DNA of 64,000 bases from Bryobacterales bacterium (GTDB lineage: Bacteria > Acidobacteriota > Terriglobia > Bryobacterales > UBA6623), in NCBI GenBank assembly GCA_963422375.2, contig OY729427.2, positions 896,001-960,000 of the forward strand, given 5' to 3'. Both the position numbers and the translations under genes were made by a program. The notes beneath the pieces were generated by a model. That model was not told the DNA's origin. It made no database searches and worked only from the letters and a program-made list of their open reading frames with translations. Numbering within the stretch: the first letter of the stretch is position 1; every line of letters starts with the position of its first letter. Positions 29,026 through 38,768 of the stretch are shown piece by piece.

Positions 29026-30869
29026 ATCCTCCCGGGACCAAGGCGCGCGAGCGTCCCCTCGGGCGCGGCGCGACTGCTGGAGGAACGGTTGAGCAGCCAG
29101 ACTTGGAGGATGTCCCGCGCGACGGCCGCGGAGTAGTAGCTGTGCTTGCCGTTCTCCAGCAGTACCGCCACGACGATCTCCGGGCTGCTGCACGGGGCGA
29201 AGCCGGCGAACCAGGCATCGTCCTCGAAATCCTCGCGCCCGGCCCGCAGGCGCAGGTCGTTCGACACGCGCTGGGAGGTGCCGGTCTTGCCGCACACCTC
29301 CACGCCCGACAGGCGCGCCTGCCGGCCCGTGCCCGCGCCGTTGACCACGTCCGACATCGCGCCTCGAAGGGCCGCCATGTGATCGTCGCTCACGGGCCAC
29401 CTGCGCGGCGGCTCCGGGCGGCTCCCGGGCTCGACCAAGGCTCGCTGCTGGTGGGAGACTAGATGCGGCCGGTGCCAGACACCGCCGACCGCCAGGCCGG
29501 CGATCGCCTGGGCCGCCTGAACGGGCGTGATCGACATCGCGCCCTGGCCGATGGAAACGACGACGGTCTCGCCGGGGTGCCACGGCTGCAATGTGTGGCG
29601 CACCTTCCAGCGGACCGAGGGCACGAGCCCAGTCACTTCGTCGGGCAAGTCCACGCCCGTGCGGCTCCCCAGGCCGGCGATGCGCGCGTACTCGGAGAGG
29701 GTGTCGATCCCGAGGCGGTGGCCCAGCTGGTAGAAGTACACGTCGCAGGAGAGGGCGATCGCTTGGCGCAGACGCACCGTGCCGTGGCCGCCGCGCTTGT
29801 GGCAGCGGAAGTATCTTCCGCCGAAGCGCATACCGCCGGGGCAATGCGCCGTGAAGTCCGGTCCCGCCACGCCGGCCTCCAGACCGGCCAGGCCGTGGAT
29901 GGGCTTGAAGACCGAGCCCATGGCGTAGGTGCCTTGGATGGCGCGGTTGAGCATGGGCGTCCGCGGGTCGCGGTTGAGATCGACCCACTCGTCGCGCGCG
30001 AACCCGGTGACGAACTTGTTAGGATCGAAGACCGGGGCGCTCGCCATCGCTAGGATCTCGCCGTTGCGTGGGTCGAGGGCGACGACGGCCCCCTTGCGCC
30101 CCTCCAGACCCAGTTCCGCGACGGCCTGCAGGTCGAGGTCGATCGTGAGATGCAGGTTGCGGCCGGGCACGGGCTCCATGCGGCCGACCGTGGCCAGTTC
30201 CCGGCCCATGCTGTCGACGAGGAACTGCAGGCTGCCGTCCTGCCCCGTCAGCCAGTGGTCGTACTGCCGCTCGATGCCGCTCTTGCCGATCTCGGCGCCG
30301 AAATCGCGCAGCAGGTACTCCCGTAGGTTGAGATCGCTCTTGCTCGCCTCGCCCACGTAGCCCATCGCGTGGACCCCGACAGCATCCTCGGGGTACTGTC
30401 TGCGCATGATCTCGACCAAGGCGATCTCCTGGAACTCGCTGCGGTGGGCCGCCAGGAAGGCGAGGTCGGCGGGATCCAGGTTCTCCTTCAGGACGATATG
30501 CTCGGACTTGCCGTACTCGGAAGCGTCCGCGAGACGCCCGCGAACGAATTCCTCCTCGAGTCCCAGCCCCATCGCGATTCTCGGCAGGGCGGCGTCCGAG
30601 GTGGCGGCCGGGTCGATCATGGCCGAGAGCGCGATCCGGCTCTGGGCGAGCACGCGCCCGTACCGGTCGAGGAGGTTTCCCCGGGCGGCCGGGATAGGCA
30701 GCGTCTTGATCCTGTTCTCCTCCGCCCGCCGGCGGTAGTACTCGTTGTTGGCTACCTGGATCTCCCAGAAGGCGAGCAGGAGGAGCACGAAGACCGCCGA
30801 GGCGACGATCTGGAAATGCATCACGCGGGACGTGAGCAGCTTCCCCCACATCTTCGGCGCCCACGTCAT
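29022..30869 (-). CDS. mrdA: Penicillin-binding protein 2
   Basis: N-terminal TM, RGNLLDRYG, GKSGIERQY, SVFK / SCD / KTG transpeptidase motifs; ATG 30869 overlaps the mreD stop. Confidence 0.93.
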   Translation of the reverse strand: MTWAPKMWGKLLTSRVMHFQIVASAVFVLLLLAFWEIQVANNEYYRRRAEENRIKTLPIPAARGNLLDRYGRVLAQSRIALSAMIDPAATSDAALPRIAMGLGLEEEFVRGRLADASEYGKSEHIVLKENLDPADLAFLAAHRSEFQEIALVEIMRRQYPEDAVGVHAMGYVGEASKSDLNLREYLLRDFGAEIGKSGIERQYDHWLTGQDGSLQFLVDSMGRELATVGRMEPVPGRNLHLTIDLDLQAVAELGLEGRKGAVVALDPRNGEILAMASAPVFDPNKFVTGFARDEWVDLNRDPRTPMLNRAIQGTYAMGSVFKPIHGLAGLEAGVAGPDFTAHCPGGMRFGGRYFRCHKRGGHGTVRLRQAIALSCDVYFYQLGHRLGIDTLSEYARIAGLGSRTGVDLPDEVTGLVPSVRWKVRHTLQPWHPGETVVVSIGQGAMSITPVQAAQAIAGLAVGGVWHRPHLVSHQQRALVEPGSRPEPPRRWPVSDDHMAALRGAMSDVVNGAGTGRQARLSGVEVCGKTGTSQRVSNDLRLRAGREDFEDDAWFAGFAPCSSPEIVVAVLLENGKHSYYSAAVARDILQVWLLNRSSSSRAAPEGTLARLGPGRM

Positions 30870-31396
30870 CGGCGCCCCACCAAGCTGTCGAACAACGGAT
30901 AGGTCAACAGGGCCAGGCCCGTGTGCAGGAACGCCAGAGCGCACCACAGGCCGAGCTCGAACGGCACATCCCGCCCGATCAGGTGCGCATTCACCACGTA
31001 CAGCAGGATCTCGTGCGTCACGTAGGCCGCGGCCACGACCGCGGCCAGCACGTACGCCAGTTTGACCTTGATATGCTGCCGCGCCAGAGCGGACATGTAG
31101 CCGAGCACGGTATAGGCGAGGCCGAAGGGGCCGACCGGCCCCTGCACCAAGCCGTCGTGCGCCCAGCCCAGAGCCAGCCCCAAGACCATCGAAGGGACGG
31201 CCGCGTGGCTCAGGAGCATGAAGTAAACCCCCACCAGCAGCGGCAGGTTGAGCACGGCGGCGAACGGCAGCAGCATCGGCAGGAACATCTGTAGCGCGAG
31301 CGACGCGACAAGCAGCGCCACGGCGGGCGCAACCGACACGGAGCGCGGATGACCGTAGTCGGCCTTGCCGGCGCGGGCCGCGAAGACGCCGATCAC
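30866..31396 (-). CDS. mreD: Rod shape-determining protein MreD
   Basis: Hydrophobic multi-TM protein with G...D.L..GP.G motif, between mreC and mrdA. Confidence 0.8.
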   Translation of the reverse strand: MIGVFAARAGKADYGHPRSVSVAPAVALLVASLALQMFLPMLLPFAAVLNLPLLVGVYFMLLSHAAVPSMVLGLALGWAHDGLVQGPVGPFGLAYTVLGYMSALARQHIKVKLAYVLAAVVAAAYVTHEILLYVVNAHLIGRDVPFELGLWCALAFLHTGLALLTYPLFDSLVGRR

Positions 31397-32463
31397 CGGC
31401 CTGCCTCGAGTGAGTTCCCCGCGGGAGCGTCGGCCACGCGCAGCGGGTCGATGGCCGCGCTGAAGTCGGGGGGCCCGGAGTAGGTCAAAGTGCCGACCCG
31501 GCGGCCCTGCGCATCAACGGACCGGCGATAGGCCAGCTTGATCCGGTCAGCTTCCGTCGGCAGCGAAATGACCGGCGGATGGCCGGGGCCGTCGGCCCAG
31601 CGAGCGGAACTGTGAGCTAGGGTTTGTCGCACGCCGTCCGGGAGGAGATCCTGGTCGCTCTTGAGGACGACAAGCACCTGCTCGAGGCGCCCCAGCTTGG
31701 CGAACGGACGAACCTGGATCGTCTGGATCTCGACGCCCTTGTCCACGGCCGTAACGTGGCCGACCGGCAGGCCGCGCGGGAAGACGCCGTCCAGGCCCGA
31801 CGTGTAGACGAACTCGCCCGGCACAACGCGCACGTGCGGCCCGATGTAGTCGACCCGGCAGGTCGGGCGGCTCGTGCCCCGGAGGACTCCCGGCTGGCCG
31901 CTGCGCCCAAGCAGGACGCCGGCGCCGGCCTCAGTGTCGCTGATGAGCAGGACCATGCTAGATCCGCCATGCACGGCCTTGACCATGCCCACGACCCCTT
32001 CCGGGGTGATCACTGCCATGCCTGCACGCACGCCGTCACCCTGGCCCCGGTTCAAGAAGACCTCTCGCGAGGACCGGCTCGGGCCCTGGGCGATCACGCG
32101 GGCCGGAAGCGTCACCGCCGCCAGTCCCTTGCGGAAGGCGTCGAGCTCCTCCTCGCTCCTGTAGCGCCGCAGTTCCTGCTGCAGGAAGTGGTTCTCCAGC
32201 CGCAGGCGGGCCGCCTCGGCGCCCAGCTGCCTGTTCTCGGCCTCCGCTCCGACGAGCCAGAAGTAGCGGTGCCAAGCGCCGCCGACGAATCCGACGGTCC
32301 CCTGCGCGACCTGCTGCAGGGGCAGCAGGACCGCCGCGGTCCAGTAGCGCAGCCGCGTCTCGCCCGGGCCGGAGCTAACTTGGTGGCCGATCATCAGGAT
32401 CTGGCCGAAGACCAAGGCACCCAGCACGATGCCGTTGGCGCGTCGACTGATCAGCGACCACAC
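31393..32463 (-). CDS. mreC: Rod shape-determining protein MreC
   Basis: TM plus coiled coil (AENRQL), LNRG..DGV..GMAVITPEGVVG, TSGLDGVFPRGLPVG. Confidence 0.9.
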   Translation of the reverse strand: MWSLISRRANGIVLGALVFGQILMIGHQVSSGPGETRLRYWTAAVLLPLQQVAQGTVGFVGGAWHRYFWLVGAEAENRQLGAEAARLRLENHFLQQELRRYRSEEELDAFRKGLAAVTLPARVIAQGPSRSSREVFLNRGQGDGVRAGMAVITPEGVVGMVKAVHGGSSMVLLISDTEAGAGVLLGRSGQPGVLRGTSRPTCRVDYIGPHVRVVPGEFVYTSGLDGVFPRGLPVGHVTAVDKGVEIQTIQVRPFAKLGRLEQVLVVLKSDQDLLPDGVRQTLAHSSARWADGPGHPPVISLPTEADRIKLAYRRSVDAQGRRVGTLTYSGPPDFSAAIDPLRVADAPAGNSLEAGR

Positions 32464-32491
32464 TGCGCTACCCCTTCGGACGCCCCCCGCG

Positions 32492-33517
32492 CTAGTTGAC
32501 CGAGATGCGCTGGAGCAAGTTGAAGTCCTTGAGCACCTTGCCTGTCCCGAGCACGACGCACTGCAGCGGGTTCTCGGCCATCGTGACCGGGACGCCCGCC
32601 TCGTCCCGGATGCGCTTGTCGAGGTTGCGCAGGTACGCGCCCCCCCCGGTGAGCACGATGCCGCGGTCGCATATGTCGCCGCTCAGCTCGGGCGGAGTGT
32701 TCTCGAGCGCCTCGCGGATCGTGATCATGATCCGGTCGATCCCGTCGGAGATGGCCTCGCGCACCTCCGCATCCGAAATCGTCAGGGCGCCGGGAATGCC
32801 TTGCGCCAAGTTGCGCCCCTTCACCTCCAAGGCCAGCGGGGCGTCCAGCTCGGTCGCGGACCCGAGCTGGATCTTGATCTTCTCGGCAGTGTGTTCGCCG
32901 ACCAAGAAGTTGTACTTCCGCTTCAGGTGCTGCATGATCGACTCGTCCAGCGCGTTACCGCCGATGTTCACCGAGCGCGAGAACACGATGCCGGACAGGG
33001 AAATCACGGCGATGTCGGTAGTGCCGCCGCCGATGTCGACCACCATGTTCCCGGCGGGCTCGGTCACGGGCAGGCCGGCGCCGATGGCCGCCATCATCGC
33101 CTGCTCCACCAAATGCACCTCGCTCGCGCTGGCCCGCATTGCCGAGTCGACCACCGCCCTGCGCTCGACCAGCGTGATCTGGCTGGGCACGCCGATGATG
33201 ATCCGCGGATGGACCAGCATCTTGCGATTGTGCGCCTTGCTGATGAAGTAAGTCAGCATCCGCTCGGCAATCTTGAAGTCGGCGATCACCCCGTCCTTCA
33301 TGGGGCGAATCGCGGTGATCGTGCCCGGCGTGCGGCCGAGCATGCGCTTCGCATCGGAACCGATGGCCTCCACCTGGCCCGTGACGTTGTTGATCGCGAC
33401 GATCGACGGCTCGTTGATGACTACGCCATCTTCTCCGACGTAGACCAACGTATTGGCGGTGCCAAGATCAATCGCTAAGTCGTGCGAGAAGAGCGAAAGC
33501 ATGGAGCGAAACGTCAT
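32492..33517 (-). CDS. mreB: Rod shape-determining protein MreB
   Basis: DLAIDLGTANTLV, RPMKDGVIADF, VDIGGGTTD, GIVLTGGG. Confidence 0.97.
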   Translation of the reverse strand: MTFRSMLSLFSHDLAIDLGTANTLVYVGEDGVVINEPSIVAINNVTGQVEAIGSDAKRMLGRTPGTITAIRPMKDGVIADFKIAERMLTYFISKAHNRKMLVHPRIIIGVPSQITLVERRAVVDSAMRASASEVHLVEQAMMAAIGAGLPVTEPAGNMVVDIGGGTTDIAVISLSGIVFSRSVNIGGNALDESIMQHLKRKYNFLVGEHTAEKIKIQLGSATELDAPLALEVKGRNLAQGIPGALTISDAEVREAISDGIDRIMITIREALENTPPELSGDICDRGIVLTGGGAYLRNLDKRIRDEAGVPVTMAENPLQCVVLGTGKVLKDFNLLQRISVN

Positions 33518-34295
33518 TGTTCTCTATAGGCCCCGAATCTAACGGCACACGAGCCGCGACATGAAAGAGATGCAGAATGCGGCAGCGAACGCGGAGGACG
33601 CACCTCGTGCCGCGCTAGGTCGGTTCGGGCCTAGCTCGACTACAGGAGGGCGAGTGCTTGCAGACACCATAAAGCAGTCTAGCGCAGTTTTGGACCGATC
33701 TCCGCCCTAGGGCGCGAATTCGTACAAGATGGCTCGGAAATGTATTGGTCGGCCAGCAGCCGGAGCTGGCCCGCATCGCGAATGGCGGCCAGTCGCCGCA
33801 GGAGGCGGGCCGTCGCCCGGAGTCCGGTGTTCGCTGCGAATGCCGACCTACACCCGGGCTGCGCGCGGGCGGCAGTGCGGGCCGAGGCCCGAAACCCCCC
33901 ACGCAGAGTCGCGCCCGGCAAGCTCTACCTTACTCCATCTGCCCGAGCGGAGCGAGCCCTCCGGCCCGGACGGCTCGCGCTTTCAAGGGGCTTCCGCCAG
34001 CCGCGCCCGAATCCCGGCATTCGCGGGACGTCGGGCCGAGCTTGCCGAGCGACTGGGGTCACCGCCCGGGCGTCGCGAGGCGGAGGAGCGGGTCGGCCTT
34101 CGCGAGGCCCGTCGGCACAGCCGGCAGAACCGCCAAGCGCCGGCGGACCCGAGACGATCCTCGCATCCGGCGAGGCCAGGGCGTCGCTAGGGGCCTTGGT
34201 CCGGAGCCGCTTGAATTGGCGCCGTTCCATGCGTACACTCGGATGCTTGCGCCCGGCGCGCCGAATCGCGCGCCGCGCAGAGGAGGGTGCCAATC

Positions 34296-35441
34296 ATGGA
34301 AAAGCTGCGCGTCGCGGTCATCGGGACGGGATTCGTGGGTAGGGTGCATGTCGAGAACGTGCGCCGCCAGACGGACGCCGAGATCGTTGCGATCGCCGAC
34401 CAGACGGACGACCTAGCGCGTCGCTTCGGCGCGCAGCTCGGCATTCCCAGGACCGTCGGTAACTACCGCGAACTGCTGGACGACCCGGCGATCGACGCCG
34501 TGCATGTCTGCACGCCGAATCACACCCATTTCCCCATCGCCAAGGACGCGATCTCCGCAGGCAAGAACGTGATCTGCGAGAAGCCCCTGGCGATGACAGC
34601 CGCGGAGGCGACCTCGCTGGTCGAACTGGCAGAAGCCAAGGGCGTGATCCATGCCACCAGCTACAACCTGAGGTTCTACCCCAACGTAGCGCAAATGCGA
34701 CGCATGGTCGCGACCCGCCAGGTCGGGGATGTGCTGGCGGTGCAGGGAAGCTACGTGCAGGACTGGCTATTCTACGACACCGACTACAACTGGCGCTTGG
34801 AGCCCGGAGTCGGTGGCTCTTCGCGAGCCATGGCGGATATCGGCTCGCATTGGTGCGACTTGGTCGAGCACGTGACGGGCCGCCGCATCCGCGCGGTATG
34901 CGCCGAGCTGGCAACCTTCCATCCGGTCCGGAAGAAGCCGAAACGCCCGATCGAGACCTACGCCGGCAAGATGCTCGCGCCCGAGGACTACGAGGACCGT
35001 TCCATCTCGACCGAGGACTTCGGCGCGATCCTGCTCCGCTTCGACGGCCGCGCCAAGGGCGTGCTGTCGGTCAACCAGGTCGCTGCCGGGCGCAAGAACC
35101 GCCTGCAGGTCGAGATTTACGGCACTCGCCGGGGCCTCGCCTGGGACGGCGAGCGGCCGAACGAGCTCTGGATCGGCCGACGCGACGGCAACAACGAGCT
35201 GCTGGTGAAGGACCCGTCGCTGCTGGAGCGCGAGGCACAGTCGTTCGCCGACCTGCCCGGCGGGCATGCCGAGGGCTACGCCGACACGTTCAAGCAGTTC
35301 TTCCGCCGGTTCTACGCGGCCTGCCGCGACCGGTCGCTGGCGGGTGCGCTGCCCGGCTTCGACGCCGGCCTGCGGCAGCTGCGCCTAGTGGAGGCGACGC
35401 TCCGCAGCAACGCCGAGGGCGGCTGGGTCGAGATCGACTGA
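34296..35441 (+). CDS. Gfo/Idh/MocA family oxidoreductase
   Basis: VAVIGTGFVG, CTPNHTH, CEKPLA, DIGSHWCD. Confidence 0.92.
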   Translation: MEKLRVAVIGTGFVGRVHVENVRRQTDAEIVAIADQTDDLARRFGAQLGIPRTVGNYRELLDDPAIDAVHVCTPNHTHFPIAKDAISAGKNVICEKPLAMTAAEATSLVELAEAKGVIHATSYNLRFYPNVAQMRRMVATRQVGDVLAVQGSYVQDWLFYDTDYNWRLEPGVGGSSRAMADIGSHWCDLVEHVTGRRIRAVCAELATFHPVRKKPKRPIETYAGKMLAPEDYEDRSISTEDFGAILLRFDGRAKGVLSVNQVAAGRKNRLQVEIYGTRRGLAWDGERPNELWIGRRDGNNELLVKDPSLLEREAQSFADLPGGHAEGYADTFKQFFRRFYAACRDRSLAGALPGFDAGLRQLRLVEATLRSNAEGGWVEID

Positions 35442-35501
35442 AGGGGCCGCCGCTGGCAGAACCACCGGCGCCGGCGGGACGGCGGCATTACAATGAGGGC
35501 G

Positions 35502-36356
35502 ATGACGGATCTGGAGCCGCTGCAGGTCGGGCTCATGTTCTGGACCGGCGGGGATCTAGGGGTGGACGCGCCCCCGCACGAGATTGTGGAGTCCGTCAGC
35601 AGCCTGGGCGTCCGCTGCGGCCAGCTGGGCGTCCACGGGGACGCCAGCCTGGACGCCGCCAGCGCGGAGGCATGGAGGTCCGCGCTGGACCGGCGCGATT
35701 TCCGCGTCGTCACCGCCTTCACGGGGTTCCGCGGCGAGAGCTACGCGTCGATCCCGATCTGCGCCGAGACCGTGGGCTTCGTGCCCGCGGCGACCCGGCA
35801 GGAGCGCGAGGCGCGCGCCGTGGATGTGTCCGACTTTGCCGGCGCTCTGGGCATTCCGGGCCTGGCCACGCACCTGGGCTGCCTGCCGGAAGACACCGAG
35901 CATCCCGACTACGCGGCAGTAGTCGGACTCGTGCGCAGACTGTGCGAGCGCTGCGAGCGCAACGGGCAGACGTTCGCCCTCGAGACGGGCCAAGAGCCCG
36001 CGGGCGCGCTGCTCGAGTTCCTCCGCTCCGTGGACCGGCCCAACATCGGCATCAACTTCGATCCGGCCAACATGATCCTGTACGGCTCGGGCGAGCCGCT
36101 GGCGGCGCTCGAGGCCCTCAGCGACCATCTGATCACGGTTCACTGCAAGGACGGAACCTGGCCCGAGACGCACGGAGAATGGGGCCGCGAAACGCCGCTG
36201 GGCGAGGGAGACGTGGGCATGGGCAGGTACGTGGCCGCGCTCCGGGCCGCAGGGTACTCCGGGCCGCTGACGATCGAGCGCGAGATCGTGGGCGAGGAAC
36301 AGCGGGCCGACATCCGCAAGGCCATCGCGCTGCTGGAAGGCCTGCGCGCGGGCTAG
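35502..36356 (+). CDS. Sugar phosphate isomerase/epimerase (AP-endonuclease-2 TIM barrel)
   Basis: ALETGQE, NFDPANMILYG, VHCKDG, GEGDV, LTIERE. Confidence 0.88.
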   Translation: MTDLEPLQVGLMFWTGGDLGVDAPPHEIVESVSSLGVRCGQLGVHGDASLDAASAEAWRSALDRRDFRVVTAFTGFRGESYASIPICAETVGFVPAATRQEREARAVDVSDFAGALGIPGLATHLGCLPEDTEHPDYAAVVGLVRRLCERCERNGQTFALETGQEPAGALLEFLRSVDRPNIGINFDPANMILYGSGEPLAALEALSDHLITVHCKDGTWPETHGEWGRETPLGEGDVGMGRYVAALRAAGYSGPLTIEREIVGEEQRADIRKAIALLEGLRAG

Positions 36357-36420
36357 CCGCGACGCGCCGGCGCGGAGCGCGGGCGGACGGAGGGCATCGG
36401 TGCTACACTGCCTGCCGAGC

Positions 36421-37656
36421 GTGCGCCGGTTCCTCGGAGTCGCCCTCTTCCTGTGTGCCCCCGGCACCTTGGGCGCGGACGCGTTGCGCCTAGCGGCGGA
36501 AGCGCTCGAGCGCGACGATTTCGCGACGGCGATTCCCCACCTCGAGCGGGCGCTCGGAGACGAGCCGGAAAACGTCAGCGCCCGCTTCAATCTCGCCTAC
36601 GCCTATCAGTCCGCGGGCGACGAGGCCGGGGCGATCCGCCAGTACGGCCTGATCGCGCGGCAGCAGCCGAACCTGCTCGCGGCGAGGCGGAACCTAGCCG
36701 CCCTACTCGTCCGGGCGGGCCGATTCGGGGAGGCCGCGGCCGAGTACGAGGCCGTCGCGGCGGCGCTCCCGGACGACCTGTCCGTCCTCGGCTTGCTGGC
36801 AGCGGCGCACCGGGGATCCGGTGACGCCGCGTCCGCCGCCGAGGCCTACCGCAGGCTGCTGGAGCAGGACGGCGGATCCCCCGACACTCTGCTGGGTCTC
36901 GCCCAGGCGCTGGAGGAAGCGGGCCGGCTGGGCGAGGCCGTTCCCTACTACCTGCGGGCGGTCGAGACCGACCCCGGGCTCGCAGGCCTGCTGCCTGGAA
37001 TCGCCATCCGGCTCGACGAAGTCGGCGCCGAGGAAGACGCCTTGGCGCTGTTGCGCAGGTACGCTCGCGACCGGCCGGACGATGCCGCGGCTCAGGAGGA
37101 GATCGGAATCCGGCTGCTGGAGGCCGACCGGGTTGCGCCTGCGGTGGACGCGCTGCAACGCGCCGTAGCCGCGAGGCCGAGTTCGGAGCGCCACGCGGCC
37201 CTCGCGGAGGCCTACCGGCGCGCCGGCGAGGCGGAGGGCGCGTTCGAGCAGCTCCGGCTCGCTGCGCGAGCGGCTCCGGGCAGCGCCGGAACGCGGGTGC
37301 GCTACGCCAGCGCGCTGCTGCAGCGCCGGGAGTACGATGCGGCGGCGCGGGAATACCTGGCGGCTTGCGAGGCGGACGCGGGCCACCGCGACGCGTGGAG
37401 CGGACTGGCGTTCGCCATGTTCCAGCTCGGGGACTTCGCGGCGTCCCTGCGGGCGATCCGAGAAGCCGAGAGGCTGGGCCCGCCGGTGCCCGCGAGCGTC
37501 TATCTGAAGGCGCTGGGCCTCGACAGGCTCGGGCTCTACGAGCCCGCCCAGGCCGCCTACCAGGAGTTCCTCTCGCTGCGGCCGGAGATGCCGGACGAGG
37601 CCTGGAAGGCGGAGCAGCGGCTGAAGGCGATCGCGAAGGTCCTGGCCAAGCGATGA
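36421..37656 (+). CDS. Exported tetratricopeptide-repeat protein
   Basis: ARFNLAYAY, ARRNLAALL and further TPR units; GTG 36421 chosen downstream of a TGCTACACT box. Confidence 0.82.
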   Translation: MRRFLGVALFLCAPGTLGADALRLAAEALERDDFATAIPHLERALGDEPENVSARFNLAYAYQSAGDEAGAIRQYGLIARQQPNLLAARRNLAALLVRAGRFGEAAAEYEAVAAALPDDLSVLGLLAAAHRGSGDAASAAEAYRRLLEQDGGSPDTLLGLAQALEEAGRLGEAVPYYLRAVETDPGLAGLLPGIAIRLDEVGAEEDALALLRRYARDRPDDAAAQEEIGIRLLEADRVAPAVDALQRAVAARPSSERHAALAEAYRRAGEAEGAFEQLRLAARAAPGSAGTRVRYASALLQRREYDAAAREYLAACEADAGHRDAWSGLAFAMFQLGDFAASLRAIREAERLGPPVPASVYLKALGLDRLGLYEPAQAAYQEFLSLRPEMPDEAWKAEQRLKAIAKVLAKR

Positions 37657-38093
37657 CACGCCGCGCCCTTGCCGCCGCGCTCGCATGGGCCGTCGCTGCC
37701 CCGGCGCAGACGAGCGGACTGGACCGCATCCGGCGAAGCCCGGATCCCGAGCGGCGTTCGCGCCAAGCGCTGGAGTTCGCGCAGGTTCAGCTGGACGCGG
37801 CGATCGACGCGTATCGGGAGAATGACACCGGGGGCGGCGAGGCCGCGCTGGACCTGATCGGCGACGCCGTCGAGCTCGTGGCGGAATCCCTGCGGTCGAC
37901 GGGCAAGCACCCGAGGAGGCACCCGCGTCACTTCAAGCACGCGGAGATCCGCACGCGGCAGCTGCTCGAGCAGCTGCGGGACGCGCGCCGCGACGCGCAT
38001 CTCCAGGACCAAGGCGACTTCGACGATCCGATCGAGCGAGTCGAGAGGGCGAACGCGGAACTCCTGCTTGGCATCATGAGCCCGAGGAAGTAG
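37653..38093 (+). CDS. Hypothetical exported helical protein
   Basis: ATG 37653 overlaps the TPR stop (ATGA); signal peptide MTRRALAAALAWAVAAPA. Confidence 0.75.
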   Translation: MTRRALAAALAWAVAAPAQTSGLDRIRRSPDPERRSRQALEFAQVQLDAAIDAYRENDTGGGEAALDLIGDAVELVAESLRSTGKHPRRHPRHFKHAEIRTRQLLEQLRDARRDAHLQDQGDFDDPIERVERANAELLLGIMSPRK

Positions 38094-38108
38094 AGTGAGA
38101 TCGGAGCC

Positions 38109-38765
38109 ATGACCGCCCGCGCCGTCGCCCTCGGCCTCCTGCTTTGCGCTCCGTCGCCCGCCCAGGAATTCGTTGGCGGGGGGGACTTCCTGACCGACAA
38201 CGAAGTCGACGTGCTGCGCGCGAAGCAGGGCTTCCAGGAACGAATCCAGGCATATATCAAGTTCGCGACGCTGCGCCTGGAACTGGTCGACCAGCTGCTC
38301 GCCAAGGACGAAGCCGGGCGGGGCGCGAAAGTGCATCGCACGCTGCAGGAGTACGGATCGGTCATCGAGGCGATCGACGACGTCATCGACGACGCGCTGC
38401 TCCGCAACCGCAAGACAGAGGGCGGGCTGGCCGGGCTGCTCGAGGCCGAGCGCGGCTTCCTAGCGCGGCTGGCAGGCGTTGCGGCCCGGCCCGAGGAGGA
38501 CGCGTGGCGGTTCCAGTTCGTCCTGGAGGACGCGATGGCGATCACGCAGGACAGCATCGAGCTGCTGGCCGAGGACCTAGGCGACCGCAAGCGCGCGGCG
38601 GTCCAGCAGGAAGAGGCCGAGAAGCGCCGCCTGGACGAGACCATGGCCCCGGAGCGCAGGCGCGAGGCCGAGCGGGAGCGGCAGGCCGAGGCGGCCGAGA
38701 CGAGCAAGCGGGAGCGCAAGCGGCCCTCGCTGCTCCGGCCCGGCGAGAGGGTGGGCGACAAGTAG
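38109..38765 (+). CDS. Hypothetical exported helical/coiled-coil protein
   Basis: RBS GGAG, signal peptide, DFLTDNEVD.LR..Q...ERI..Y, basic C-terminal RKRPSLLRPGE. Confidence 0.78.
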   Translation: MTARAVALGLLLCAPSPAQEFVGGGDFLTDNEVDVLRAKQGFQERIQAYIKFATLRLELVDQLLAKDEAGRGAKVHRTLQEYGSVIEAIDDVIDDALLRNRKTEGGLAGLLEAERGFLARLAGVAARPEEDAWRFQFVLEDAMAITQDSIELLAEDLGDRKRAAVQQEEAEKRRLDETMAPERRREAERERQAEAAETSKRERKRPSLLRPGERVGDK

Positions 38766-38768
38766 CCC

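Noticed and set aside
27916..29988. Apparent 690-aa RodA and 802-aa XseA (59111..61519) N-terminal extensions
   Set aside because: The extensions overlap mrdA and the AlkP gene in other frames; the true starts are the GTGA overlaps at 29025 and 60643.
33615..34416. ORFs in the mreB upstream gap
   Set aside because: Arg/Pro/Ala-rich random-like translations without credible start signals.
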